Part shown: positions 39,031-51,056 of the stretch, one piece after another
Layout of the letters: every line of letters starts with the position of its first letter
Position numbering within the stretch: the first letter of the stretch is position 1
NCBI GenBank assembly: GCA_009602735.1
Contig: WELA01000694.1
Span: forward strand, 456,986 to 520,985
Direction of reading: 5' to 3'
From: Mesotaenium endlicherianum
Taxonomy: Eukaryota
DNA: 64,000 bases
Made by a program: the position numbers and the translations under genes
The notes under the pieces: model-generated
Seen by the model: the letters and a program-made list of their open reading frames with translations, nothing else
The model's database searches: none
What the model was told of the DNA's origin: nothing

Positions 39031-41282
39031 CTTGGTTGGTGGAAATAATCATGACATGGCAACAGTTGACCTTCACTGACAAGCCTATGCCGAGACCAAG
39101 ACCAATGACAATTGGGTTCAATTTGGTGCCAACATTTGATCAGAAGGCTATCAGAACGGCACATCAGCAACGAGAAGAATACTGGGTGCAAAGACACGCA
39201 GCGGAAGCCGCTGTAGACAAAGCATTCAAGGGAGGTAGGGTGGCAGAACTGATGAGATGTCAGGATCCGTTGGACCGGATTGATAACCGGACCAATGAAT
39301 TACAAGCACCTCTGGAAAGAGAGGATACATCCATGAGAGATCCGGTGCCCGAGCAGGCAGCGCCGCTACCAAGAGTAGAAGACGATACGCATGGCACCCC
39401 ATCATCTGGGAGAAACGCCACTCACAGCCAGATTTTTGGGAGCTCACCTCCCGGAGCAACGACATCAATACGTGAAGAGACCCTAGAAGAGGCCAAGTCA
39501 GGGTATGATACCCCCCTCAGCCTAAGAGCAGCTGGGCACAGAGACTATTGGCAGGACAGCTCAAGTAGCTGAAAAGCCAACCAAAAGTGTCCATCGTCTT
39601 CACCAGAGCGAGCGTCGTTACGAGACATGTCAGAAGAATCCGAGAAGACGGCTCCTGAGCCTACAGCCAAAAATACTGGATACTGCCTAAACCAAGTACT
39701 AATGCAAGAACGCCAGTGCAATCTTGGTGAATGGGCCGAAGAGAGTAGCCAGAACTTGGGAGATTCTGGAGGGTCTGCAAAGACCATATGTCTCGAAGTG
39801 ATATTCGAAGAACGCCAAGAGGAGTTGGACAAGAAACTGTCTACAACACCTGCCTTGATGAGCCCAGAGCCGCAGGCTAAGAGGCAACAGCAGGGTTCAG
39901 CCAGTGAAACAGCTGAATCCATTGCAAGGCAAATCATGGAGCACCTCCTGGACGCAGACGCTCGACAACACAAGGAAAGGGAAGTGGCTAAGGCGGCAAG
40001 CGCTCTGCAATCAACCATCGTCAACATGGCGAAGCTCAACACAGATAAGGAAGGAGAACCGCCACCACCCGGAGCGGAGAAATCAGTTGAAGATGAGGCA
40101 GAGATGCCAGACCTTCCACGGTTCGACCTGCCGTCAGTCACCAATGAAGAGGAGACTCGGGAAGAAATTCCACGTTTTCCTACCCCAGAGCTGAACCTGT
40201 TGGAGCTATAAGAGCTCAGAATGGATGATTGGGTGGCCGACCACTTGATGATGGAAGGACCCAGCCCGGCCGATCTTTACAACGATCTAAGGTCGCCCAC
40301 ATCCAGCACTTCACCCGCCAGTTTTCCAGCACCAGAAGCTACCCCACATCAGCTACAACAGCCGCAGGAAGTGGCTGCCTGCACTGCTAAGGTGGAACCA
40401 ACACAAGGAAATCCTCACGGTCGCGCAAGCAGACTAAGAAAGGTGGCCCGAGAAGGGAATGCACCTTTTAGGCGGATGCTGATGCGTTATCTCAAGTACA
40501 GGGGAACAGCTCAGAGAGAAGGGGTTCCGAAAGGAACTACGGCTCCTCCTCCGCAACCTATCCTGGAGATTCTGCAGAGAGAAAGAGAGGATGGCTTAAT
40601 TTGCAAAGCCATGGCATTGGGAATTCACATTCCCATGGTGCGTCCCTCATCCACTGGAACGTGGGAGAAGGACAGTTCAGCTCTTAGGACACCTGCAATG
40701 TTTGAAAGAGAACTGGTAGTGCTGAGAAGCACCATAAGCCGCTTGACAGCAGAGAATGCTATATACGCACAACTAGATGCGGCTCAAAGATCGCAGACTG
40801 TGACACAAGCATGGATGGTTACGCCATCAGCCAGGGAGGAGTTTGGCACAACCGTTGCGCGCATAGCTACCATTGAGCGCGAGTGGGGTTGGACAATCGA
40901 CCCCAAAACAGATCCAGCAGGGTGGCCTTTGCCAAACCCACCCCCACCATGTGAAGAAGGAGGAAAAGGGACCAGCTGGACTGCAGCCGATGAAGAAAGA
41001 TTCTAGAGGCAGCCCATCCGGAGGCGTCTGACCTACTCCACGCAACAAGAGAGGCGACGATCTATCAGAAAATGTAAAAGGCCTAAGAAGCAGGCCGCCG
41101 AGCCTGAGACAGCGGAGGAGCAAGCTGCAAAACCTGCCACTTCACCGCCTAACAATCAGGCAGAAAAGCCTGAAGGCCAGGATGAGGGCGGAAAACCCCC
41201 ACCTGGACCCAAAGAGTAGCAACTACTGGATGCCTGTGTTGGGAAAAAGCAGCCAGCAACTGAGGTTTTCACCATTGAAAAC

Positions 41283-42594
41283 ATGGCCTCAGCCCAACAG
41301 AGTGCACAAGTAGGGAGGCTGCTTAAAAAGCACCACAAGGTGTTTGCTTTTACAAAAGAGGAGATTGGTAAAACCACTGCCAGTATGTGTGAGATCACAT
41401 TAACTACTGATAACCCAGTCAGACTTGGGCCGCATAAGCTCAGTCAGACCGAATGGGACTGTGTGGAGAAAGCTTGCCAGGAGCTGCACAAGCTCGGCAT
41501 GATCGAGAAATCAACCTCCATACATGGAGCTCCCACGATAGTAGTTACCAAGAAGGACGAGGATGGCAATTATACAGCCACTCGTATGTGTGGAGACTAC
41601 AGACGACTGAATCTTCACACGGAGCTAGACAGCTATGTGATGCCTACACCAGAGCGGATCTTTGCGATTGCTACCACCGGGAAGGTGTTCAGCATCATCG
41701 ATCTACGCCAAGGTTTCAACCAGATCCTTGTGAAAACAGAAGATTGAGGTAAGACCGCATTCTGGGCCCAATGGGAACTTTGGCAATGGACGGTAATGCC
41801 GTTTGGGCTGAAAAATGCCCCAACCTTCTTTCAGAGAACTATTGATAAAGTGCTGGAGGGGCTGGATTTTACAAAACCATACATTGATGACGTAGTGGTA
41901 TTCAGCAATTCCATAGAGGAGCACCTCGAGCACTTGGCGCAAGTGGTCAGCGCCTGGAGAAATTCCAGATGACGCTGCACCCTGGAAAGTGCAGATTCTT
42001 TGAGGCACATGTGCCTTACTTAGGACATGAGATTGGGAACAATGCTATGTCCCCTCAGGTTGTAGAGACTGAAGCCATTTACAAAATACCTGCACCAGCA
42101 AATGTGTCTAAGCTGAAAGCTCTGTTAGGACTAAGCGGATGCTGTTGTAAATTTGTGAATAATTATAGCAAAATTGCTAAACCCTTGACAGAAATCTTGA
42201 AAAAGGACATACCGTTTGTGTGGACGGATTCCCAGGAGAAGGCCATGAACGAGCTCAAGGAGCGGCTAGTAACAGCCCCAATCTTGCGAACACCTGACTA
42301 CTCCAAGCCGTTCAATCTACACACCGACTGGAGTCGTGTGGGAATTGGCGCAGTACTCACTCAGGCCGAAAGTCCTAGAGAGGAGTACTTCATTGCCTAT
42401 GCCTCGCGCTCTAACAACTGAGCGGAGAGCAACTACTCATCCTACGAAGGAGAGCTACTGGCAGTGGTTTGGGCTGTTGCACATTTCAGAGAGTATCTAT
42501 GGGGAAGACCCTTCACGCTGATCACAGATCACTCGCCATTACTCTGGCTGATGAAGAATTTAGACCTCACTGGTAAATTGGCTCGTTGGGCTCT
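41283..42594 (+). pseudogene. Reverse transcriptase and RNase H (disrupted; continues at 49328)
   Basis: RMCGDYRRLN, IDLRQGFNQI, VMPFGLKNA, YIDDVVV, LHTDWS, IAYASR, LITDHSPL. GKLARWAL resumes as KLQEY after the nested element. Confidence 0.9.
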
Positions 42595-43882
42595 TGTAGT
42601 GAAACAGATAGATAAAGTACTTAGTGAAATAGAATATTTTATTCATTCAAGACAAGGATCTTTGAACACAAGTGGTAGCTTCTTGAAAGAGATATGGCTT
42701 CTTGAAAGTTAATATATTTCTGGATTTTGGCAAGTACAAGAGTGATTCTGGAATGTCTTTCTATGTTTTAGCTCTTGTTTATATACTTGCTACATAAGTA
42801 ATTTCTAGGAAAGTGTATGTTGATGTGTTGGCACCCAACACATCCCAAAACTTGCCACCTCTTTCTAGAATAATGTACACATGTCCTTTTGACCTAAAAA
42901 TGGCACATCTGACTTTTGCCACATGGAGTTCTTCTAGGTCTTTCCTCTAACTTCGAAAATGCCTTGGAAGGTTCAAAGGACATGAACCAAGTTACTAGAG
43001 TACCTATTCACACTTGACTCCACACAATACTACTCCAAATATATTTGAAAACATTAAAATATATGCAAACTAATATATAATAACTCAAATCACTACATCA
43101 CCCCCCCGATAGAAAAAGCGACGTCTCGGCGCGTCAAGTCAGGTTTTACACATGTGGAGCAAACTAGTCAAAAGTTTCAAGTCAGATGCCACACATGTGG
43201 AGAGGACTAGTCAAAGGCGCCAAGACAGGTGCTACCCATGTAAGGTAGACTAGGCAAGGTCGTAGGTGGTGTGACCTTATTGGCTAGCCTACTCCTTAAT
43301 GATAAAGAAAATTGTACAAGTTGGCCCAGAATCTGCCACGAACTCAAAATTTCATAGCGTCCACATAATTGCTCCAAATCTAAAAATTTGAGTGCCAAAC
43401 GGATTGCGTCGGAGAACTCTACCGGGTCACCAAATTTGAGAGCATTCTCATTTCTGGAGTGTCGTTGAGAGCTGAGAGAGTAAGCACTCNGAGAGAGTAA
43501 GCACTCCTCCAAATCAGTGCAAAAACTTCTGAAAATCATAAGTCCTTCTATACTTCTTTAAATACTGCAAAGTAAGTCTCAAAATGGGCGCTGTAAGATG
43601 TTCTACCAGAGTCTTGAGTTTAAAGCATTCCAAGTTCAGGGGAGGGCACAATGTCAGAAGGCATATTCTGCCCTAACAATGCCAGCAGCCTGACCCTCTT
43701 CTACTTGAAGCATCATATCTCTCTCACCAGTGCTTCAAATTGAGCAAACTTGGACTCTAAATGACCGGCTACTCATGGACTATAGCCAGGTAAATTTTCA
43801 GAATTTATTATGCAGAGACCTATCACCAGTAGCAGTTTTAGTTTTCTGTCCAGAAACTGCGAGAAGAGAAGAGTGTCTAATG

Positions 43883-46800
43883 TCAATTTTTCCTCTTTCT
43901 TGTTCTTGCAGGCTGCCTCCAAGGGGTCTTCTGCTGCTTCTTGATGGTGGCAGGCTGCCTCCCTGAAGTCTTCGGGCTTCTAGTAGAGAGACTTGGGGCT
44001 GGTCCAAGATGGGGGTTGGCGGCATGGAAGCGCTTCAACTTTCTCTGAACTTTGTCAAGGTAGTGCGCCGCCACCCAACTATTCTCCGAATCTGGATATC
44101 CTTTCCACTTGATCAAGTATTGCTGCTGTCTCCTGAAATTTCTCATAGCCACTATGTCTTCCACTTCGTACTCCAAATGATCATCCACTATTGTTGGGGC
44201 TGGTGGGGTTGTCACACGTCCTGGGAACTTGTTGTCGGGTTGCACATATGGCTTGAAGAGGGAAGCGTGGAATACGGGGTCGATGTGCATAGTCTGGGGA
44301 AGTTCTAGCTTGAAAGCAACGGGGTTGACTTGCTGGATAATCTTGAAGGGTCCCAAATACTTGGGAGAGAACTTGCTGCCGGCAGGCCTGTTGTTCAGGG
44401 AAATGTTCTTGGATGATAGTAACACGTTGTCACCCACTCTGTACGTAATTTCTCTTCTGGATCTGTTCGCCACTCTTGCTTGAGCATCTTGCGCGTGTTG
44501 TAGAGCTTTCTTCGCTGCTGTAAGGGCTGCTTCTAATGTCTCCATAAAATCTGTGGCTGCAGGTACTTCATCATGGCCAGCCGTGAAGCTCAGTGGCGTG
44601 GTCGGATGGAAGCCATAGTTGAGGAAGAATGGGGACTCTTGGGTAGAGGCCTGCGTAGTGTTGTTGTAGGCAAACTCGAGGGGGGTCAAGTACATGTCCC
44701 AGTCTTGCTCGAGGGTAGACACGTAGGCCTTTAGAGAGGTCTTTAGGGTACGATTCATACGCTCGGTTTGCCCATCTGATTGTGGGTGGTATGCGGTAGA
44801 CATATCCTGCGATGTACCCAAGTTCTTGAAGAGATTTTTCCAGAAATGGCTTGTAAATCTTGGGTCTCTATCTAACATTCTTGATGGTAGTCCATGGAGT
44901 CGGAAGATGTTGTCAAAGATGAGTCTTGCAAGTTGTGGTGTTGTAGCCTTAGTCGTCGTGGGAATAAAATGAGCCATCTTGGTAAGTCTGTCCACCGCCG
45001 TGAGTATTGCATTATGGCCTCGAGGTGTCACGGGCAAGTCCACGATAAGGTCCATTGAGATGTCCGTCCATTGTCTTTCGGGGATTGGTAGTGGTTGGAG
45101 GAGTCCTCCCGCCTTTTGCGATGATGGCTTGATTCTTTGGCATGTGTCACAGCTCCTGCAGTACTCCTTGACTTGCTTAGACATGCCTGGCCAACAATAA
45201 GTCCTAGCTAGAACGCCCGTGGTCCTTNTGCAATAAGTCCTGGCTAGAACGCCCGTGGTCCTTAGGATTCCGAAGTGTCCTCCAAGAGGGTTGTTGTGTG
45301 CTTCTCGTAGAAGCAAGAGCCGGAGGTCTATGTCATTGGGAACACATCTCTGGCCCGTGTCTTGCCTCACCCAATAATTGCCTTCTTGCTTCTTGTTTGG
45401 GTCCAAGGTTGCTTCTCCGTTCTTGTAGTAAGGGTCTTTTTTATAGGCGGCTGAAAATTGAGCTTCCAGATCTTTCTTCAGCGATGTCATCACTGCGTTG
45501 AATTGCAGTCTTGAGAGGGGGTCAGCCGGGTTTGTCTTGTCGGGCTGGTACTGAATTGTGATGTTGTATTGTTGCAAGTATTCGCTCCATCTTGCTTGTC
45601 TCCTTGAGAGATACGGCTGCGTCTGGAGGTGCTTTAACGCTTCGTGATCCGTGGTAACCAGTACCTTGCGTCCTTCAACGTAGCAGCGCCAAACCTTCAA
45701 GGCATGTACAATCGCCAATGCCTCTCGCTCCGTGGTTGTATAATTTTGCTCGGCTGGATTTAGCTTCCTTGACTCGTAGGCGATGGGCTGCAGTCCCTTG
45801 CCTTGGTCTTGAAGCAGGATTGCTCCTATTGCATAGGAAGATGCATCGGTGATGACGTGGAAGGGCCAATCTGGGTTTGGACTTGGGAGTGTGAGCACCG
45901 GGGATGTGGTCAATCTTCGCTTTAACTCTTGAAATGCCTCTTCCTCTTTCTCGGTCCATGTATATAGCCTGTCCTTCTTGAGTAGATCTGTCAGGGGGGC
46001 TGCTATGTGCGAGAAGCCTTGGATGAATTTTCTGTACCAATTGGCAAATCCCAAGAATGACTGGAGTTCTTTCTTGGTCGTGGGGGTTGGCCATTCCTCC
46101 ACCACCGTGGTCTTCTTGGGGTCTATCTTGATGCCATCAGCAGTCACGTGGAGACCTAGGAACTCCACTTCTTGTTTGGCAAACTCGCATTTTGACTCCT
46201 TCGCAAACAGCTTGTTTTGCTTCAATACTTCAAGGACTTCTTTCAAGTGTCTCGCATGCTCTTCAAGGGTCTTGCTGTAGATAAGGATGTCATCGATGAA
46301 TACCACCACAAATCTGTCCAACATGGGCTGAAATATGGTGTTCATCATAGTCATGAAAGTTGCTGGCGCGTTGGTGAGTCCAAATGGCAGGACCATGAAC
46401 TCAAAATGTCCATATCTTGTCCTGAATGCCGTCTTCTCTATGTCCGGTTCTGCGATGCGAATCTGGTGGTAGCCGCTCCGTAAGTCAATCTTCGTGAAGT
46501 ACTTGGCTCCAACCAGCCGGTCCATGAGCTCATCCATGCGCGGCAGCGGGTATCGATTCTTGATGGTGATCTTGTTGAGGGCGCGATAGTCCACACACAT
46601 CCTCAAGGTACCATCTTTCTTCTTGACAAATAGCACCGGGGCTCCAAATGGCGACTTGCTAGGTCGAATGAAGCCATGCTCCAGTAGCTCCTTGATTTGC
46701 TTCTTGACTTCGTCTAGCTCCGTGTATGACATTTTGAACGTAGGCCGAGAGATGGGCTTGCTTCCGGGCTCCAACTCTATCTTGTGGTCTACGAATCTTT

Positions 46801-47581
46801 TGGGGGGTAGGCCCTTGGGCAATTCCGGGGAGAACACTTCTTTGTAGTCCTCTAAGACTTCTTGTATCTCCTTGGGAACGGGGCTGCCTTCTTGACTCTC
46901 GATGTCTTTCTTGATGTCTTTTGGCGTGATCAAGGCCAAAAGAAGCTCGTGTCCCTTTCTCACAAGTCTTTTGAGTTGGAGGGCGGACAATAGTATCTCG
47001 TGTGCCGGCTTCTCGATGTGTTGGGTCTGGATATTCTGGATTGCGCGCAAAATACAGATTCTTGAAGTGATGTCATTCTTGATCTTGATAGTACCGGTCC
47101 TCCAATCAACTTGGGGGTTGTGCTTGGTCAACCAAGGCGTCCCTAGAATGACGTCGTACTTGCCCAATTGCATGGGGGAGAACACTACTCTATCCTTGAA
47201 GGACTTGATAGAGAGTGCCAAGGGATACGTCTTCTTGGAAGAGGTAGTATAGGAGAATCCATCGGGCATCATAATCTCCTCATTGTGGTCAAGAGTTCGC
47301 ATAGTAATACCGTGCTTGGTGGCAAAATCTGCAGCAATGAAGTTGCCTTGAGCTCCGCTATCCACCAAGATGTGGACCTTCTCTCCTCCAAGGTTACCTC
47401 TCAAACTCATTGGGGCTGGAACGTCGTCTTCAACGGGGGTCTCCACCTCACTTGGCGTGTTGCCTTCTCGTGAAGTGGGTCTTGGGGTGGTAGGCTCCTG
47501 GCCTACCGGCGCTGTCCGTTTTTTGACAACTTTTTGGGGCATGAAAGTGCACGATGGCCCTTTTCCTTGCAATAGAAGCAT
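43883..47581 (-). CDS. pol: Chromovirus Pol: protease, RT, RNase H, integrase, chromodomain
   Basis: [34 protein letters not shown]...DRD...GQTER and YEVEDIV...YLIKWKGY...NSW. Confidence 0.93.
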   Translation of the reverse strand: MLLLQGKGPSCTFMPQKVVKKRTAPVGQEPTTPRPTSREGNTPSEVETPVEDDVPAPMSLRGNLGGEKVHILVDSGAQGNFIAADFATKHGITMRTLDHNEEIMMPDGFSYTTSSKKTYPLALSIKSFKDRVVFSPMQLGKYDVILGTPWLTKHNPQVDWRTGTIKIKNDITSRICILRAIQNIQTQHIEKPAHEILLSALQLKRLVRKGHELLLALITPKDIKKDIESQEGSPVPKEIQEVLEDYKEVFSPELPKGLPPKRFVDHKIELEPGSKPISRPTFKMSYTELDEVKKQIKELLEHGFIRPSKSPFGAPVLFVKKKDGTLRMCVDYRALNKITIKNRYPLPRMDELMDRLVGAKYFTKIDLRSGYHQIRIAEPDIEKTAFRTRYGHFEFMVLPFGLTNAPATFMTMMNTIFQPMLDRFVVVFIDDILIYSKTLEEHARHLKEVLEVLKQNKLFAKESKCEFAKQEVEFLGLHVTADGIKIDPKKTTVVEEWPTPTTKKELQSFLGFANWYRKFIQGFSHIAAPLTDLLKKDRLYTWTEKEEEAFQELKRRLTTSPVLTLPSPNPDWPFHVITDASSYAIGAILLQDQGKGLQPIAYESRKLNPAEQNYTTTEREALAIVHALKVWRCYVEGRKVLVTTDHEALKHLQTQPYLSRRQARWSEYLQQYNITIQYQPDKTNPADPLSRLQFNAVMTSLKKDLEAQFSAAYKKDPYYKNGEATLDPNKKQEGNYWVRQDTGQRCVPNDIDLRLLLLREAHNNPLGGHFGILRTTGVLARTYCXRTTGVLARTYCWPGMSKQVKEYCRSCDTCQRIKPSSQKAGGLLQPLPIPERQWTDISMDLIVDLPVTPRGHNAILTAVDRLTKMAHFIPTTTKATTPQLARLIFDNIFRLHGLPSRMLDRDPRFTSHFWKNLFKNLGTSQDMSTAYHPQSDGQTERMNRTLKTSLKAYVSTLEQDWDMYLTPLEFAYNNTTQASTQESPFFLNYGFHPTTPLSFTAGHDEVPAATDFMETLEAALTAAKKALQHAQDAQARVANRSRREITYRVGDNVLLSSKNISLNNRPAGSKFSPKYLGPFKIIQQVNPVAFKLELPQTMHIDPVFHASLFKPYVQPDNKFPGRVTTPPAPTIVDDHLEYEVEDIVAMRNFRRQQQYLIKWKGYPDSENSWVAAHYLDKVQRKLKRFHAANPHLGPAPSLSTRSPKTSGRQPATIKKQQKTPWRQPARTRKRKN

Positions 47582-48819
47582 AGTCCAGCCGTCATGAGAG
47601 CTTCTTTTTCAGCCGGGGAGAGTCTTGCTTTCACTCCTTGCTAGTTTCTTGCATCATAAGTGTCATTGGAGGGTCTTCCACTCTTCCAGGCAGCCGCGGG
47701 GTCCTTTTTAATAACTCCGATTTCTATGGGTGTGGGTCCAGATTCGGATGTGGAAGGGGTTGCGTACACCCACGTCGCCGGAACCCGTGAAGATGGAGGC
47801 ACGGAGTGCTTGAAATCCAAGATATCCACCTTTTGGGCCACTTCAATGATCCTTGAGAAGTCCGTCAAGTCGCGTAATTCCACTTCCTTTGCCACCTTGG
47901 GCTTGAGGCCAAAGATGTAGCGGTCAATCTTCTCCTCGAGAGACATGTTGGGGATCTCAAGAGTGAGGGTGTGAAATCTGGATGTATACTCTTGAACGGA
48001 CGTCGTTTGCTTGAGATGGTGGAGCTTTCCTCGGGCAATCTTCTCCGCATTGATGGGCATGAATTGCTTCTTGAGGGCCTCATGAAAATCTGCCCATCTT
48101 GCTTATGATGGTGGGGGCTCTTGGCCGAGCATGGGGTGCGCCATAGCTTGATATATAGCCGCTTGATAGTTACGCCACCATGATGTTGCTGCTCCTCTAA
48201 GTAAGGTAACAGTAAAGGGAACGTAGTCCTCCTCGGGTACTTCAAGGAATGCGAGGTACGTCTTCACTTCGTAGAGCCATAAATTCAGGTTGGCACCTTT
48301 TTCGGGGTTGAAAGTGTCGGGTTTGCCGGGCTTGATGAGTTTCCTTGCTCTCGTTGGCTCTTGTGGAGGCGCTTGAGCCGGGGCTGGATTTTGAGCATTG
48401 CTCGCAATAGGGGCAACTATGGCAGCCATAGCTTCTCTTGACGCTTGCACGGTTGCTTCATAGGTGGCCAAGCCCACTTGGTTGTGGACGGTGATTAGGA
48501 AGGCTGCCCACTCATTTGCGGGAATCCCTTGTGGTGGGGTCAACTTTGCTATAGCGGCTGCCACGGGATTTGACGGTGCTCCTCCTTGTGGTGCTTCTTG
48601 TTGTTGCAGATTCCTTGAGTAGGCTCTCCCATCGGCGCTGGAGGAGGGTGTACTCCTCCTTGTGGTGCTCCTTGTTGTTGCAAATTTTCTTGAGTGGGCT
48701 CTCTCATCGGCGCTGGAGGAGGGTGTCTTGGAGAGGAAGGGCTTCCTTTGAAAGCTTGCTGTTGGTCTTGAGGATCGGCCATCTTCTTGTGCTACCAAAG
48801 TGCCTAGCTCCGATACCAC
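47538..48819 (-). pseudogene. gag: Chromovirus Gag with CCHC knuckle (two in-frame stops)
   Basis: Retrotransposon gag motifs (LRGAATSWW, LKQTTSVQEYTSRF, YIFGLKP). [14 protein letters not shown] at ~47539-47580 is in the same frame. Confidence 0.85.
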
Positions 48820-49327
48820 TGTAGTGAAACAGATAGAGAAAGTACTTAGTGAAATAGAATACTTTATCTATTCAAGACAAGGATCTTTGAACATAAGTGG
48901 TAGCTTCTTGAAAGAGAGATGGCTTCTTGAAAGTTAATATATTTCTGGATTTTGGCAAGTACAAGAGTGATTCTGGAATGTCTTTCTATGTTCTAGCTCT
49001 TGTTTATATACTTGCTACATAAGTAATTTCTAGGAAGGTGTATGTTGATGTGTTGGCACCCAACACATCCCAAAACTTGCCACCTCTTTCTAGAATAATG
49101 TACACATGTCCTTTTGACCTAAAAATGGCACATTTGACTTTTGCCACATGGAGTTCTTCTAGGTCTTTCCTCTAACTTCGAAAATGCCTTGGAAGGTTCA
49201 AAGGACATGAACCAAGTTACTAGAGTACCTATTCACACTTGACTCCACACAATACTACTCCAAATATATTTGAAAACATTAAAATATATGCAAACTAATA
49301 TATAATAACTTAAATCACTACAGCTCT

Positions 49328-50975
49328 CAAGCTCCAGGAGTACGAGATGACAGTGATACATCGAGCAGGTATACTCAACAACGACGCCGATGGACTCAGC
49401 AGCAACCCCAAACCCATCCGTAGACGACAGAACGGGAGCTCGAGAAGACGAAGATCCGAGCAGCCCAGCAGAATTGGTCGCCTGCCTGGCCGTAATGGCT
49501 AGAATGGTAGCATCAGGAGAAGCTGAGCCTCTACCTCTGTTCAGTCCAGAGATCCGGAAAGATCAAGCCACTATGCATTGGCTGAAGATGGAAGTTCATA
49601 TAGAAGGATTATCGGCGAAAGAAAAGGACCAGGTGGGCCATTGAGCTAAAAGGTTTTGCTGGAAACGCAATAACCTCTTCAAGATTGAAGAAACTGGTCA
49701 CGAAAAGTTAGTGCCAGAACCCACCAAAAGACGAGCTCTGGTGCAGGAAATGCATGAGAATACTGGACACTATGGTGTCAAGAGAACATACAGTCTTCTC
49801 GAGCTGTCTAACTGGTGGAGGGGCATGAAGCAGCAGTGTGAGGATGTGATCAAGGCCTGTAAAAGCTGCAATCGCGTCAAGGCTGGTTTTACGCAGCAAC
49901 ACCCACACCTGCAACCTCTGCCAATCATGGGCCTAAGATACCGGTGGAGCTGCGATCTTGCAGGTGAGCTACCGCTGTCTAAGCGAGGTAACAAGTACAT
50001 TTTGGTCATGATTAAGCATTTCTCTAAGTGGATAGAGGTGGTGCCTCTAACTGCTAAGGAAAGCTTGGGGACCGCGGAATCGCTCCTCAATGGTGTGATT
50101 GTACGTCATGGAGCCCCAGCAGAAGTGCTGACAGACCAAGGGTCTGAGTTCCAAGGATCTTTTCAGAAACTCCTGGGCAAATGCTTCATTGACCATCGCA
50201 CTACGTCTAGAGACCACCCACAAGCAGATGGTCTGGCAGAACGGATGGTGCAAACCACTAAGTCTACTTTGCGCAAATTTTGCCTTGAGCATGATAAGCG
50301 TGATTGGTATCTGGCCCTGCCATGGCTGGTTATGGGTTACAAATTTAGCAAGCAAGCTGCTTTGGCGAATTACTCGCCTTATCAGATTCTGTTTGGAAGA
50401 AGTCCAGTTGTGCCCTGCAGCATCAAGCAGGAGATGGAGCAGGTGAAAGACCTGGACAACCCTGATGAACTGCTAAAGGTCATGTTGCGCCGCAAGGTGT
50501 TATTTGAGCACATGATGCCTGCGGCCCTGGACAATCTGAATATTGCACAGAAAAGAGACACGCAGCGTTACGCCAGGGCGCGAGATGGGAGCTACCGCCT
50601 GCAAATGACGCAGATCCAGGAAGGAGACTTCGTCTACCGCAAGCGCCAGACCAAGACCACCATTGACACCAATTCAGGTGCAGTAATCTTACGCGTGAAA
50701 CATGCGTTCGACAATGGTGTGTTGGAAGTGGAAGGTTCTGATGGTAAAACCATGAGAGATCACGTGCAGAACTGTTCGCTGTGCCACTTGCCTAATATCA
50801 ATCCTACGGTTAAGACTGTGCCCGAGGAATTGGTGCCAGTCACGCCTTGTGCCAGCTGCAAAGTGCTGGATGATTAAGAAGCAATGGTAACTTGCGATAT
50901 GTGTGGTGCCCGTTGGCATCTTCTGCATTGGTGAAGAAGAGATTCTGGCAGGACGGTGGGAACGTCCTAACTGCC
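49328..50975 (+). pseudogene. DDE integrase with a degenerate C-terminal PHD finger
   Basis: HENTGH...CKSC zinc site, WSCDLAG, LTDQGSEF and DGLAERM. Then CASC...MVTCDMCGARWH...GRWERPNC (C4HC3-like) with a stop and frameshift. Confidence 0.88.
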
Positions 50976-51044
50976 TTCCCATAACTCCCAGCGACAGGGC
51001 CAGGTTATAAAAGCTTTCAGCAGAAAGGCAGGGACGCCTCAGCT

Positions 51045-51056
51045 GAAAGGGAGGGG
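51045..51056 (+). promoter_or_regulatory. Polypurine tract
   Basis: GAAAGGGAGGGG immediately before TGTAAGGG (start of B1). Confidence 0.85.

Larger units (their letters stand above)
42595..49322 (-). mobile_element. Full-length chromovirus (Ty3/Gypsy) nested in the RNase H region
   Basis: 503-bp LTRs at 42595-43097 and 48820-49322 (TGTAGTGA...TCACTACA, about 10 differences by eye). 5-bp TSD GCTCT. tRNA-iMet-type PBS TGGTATCGGAGC at 48807-48818 (-). G-rich PPT at ~43098-43110. Confidence 0.95.

Noticed and set aside
37932..39100. Bacterial restriction-modification system or contamination
   Set aside because: The domain is in frame within a retrotransposon pol in an intron-rich eukaryotic context, with no nuclease partner.
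43473..43506. gagagagtaagcactc duplicated
   Set aside because: Also centred on an N; assembly artefact.
45195..45265. [11 protein letters not shown] duplicated in the chromovirus integrase
   Set aside because: The duplicate flanks an N, so it is a contig-overlap artefact.
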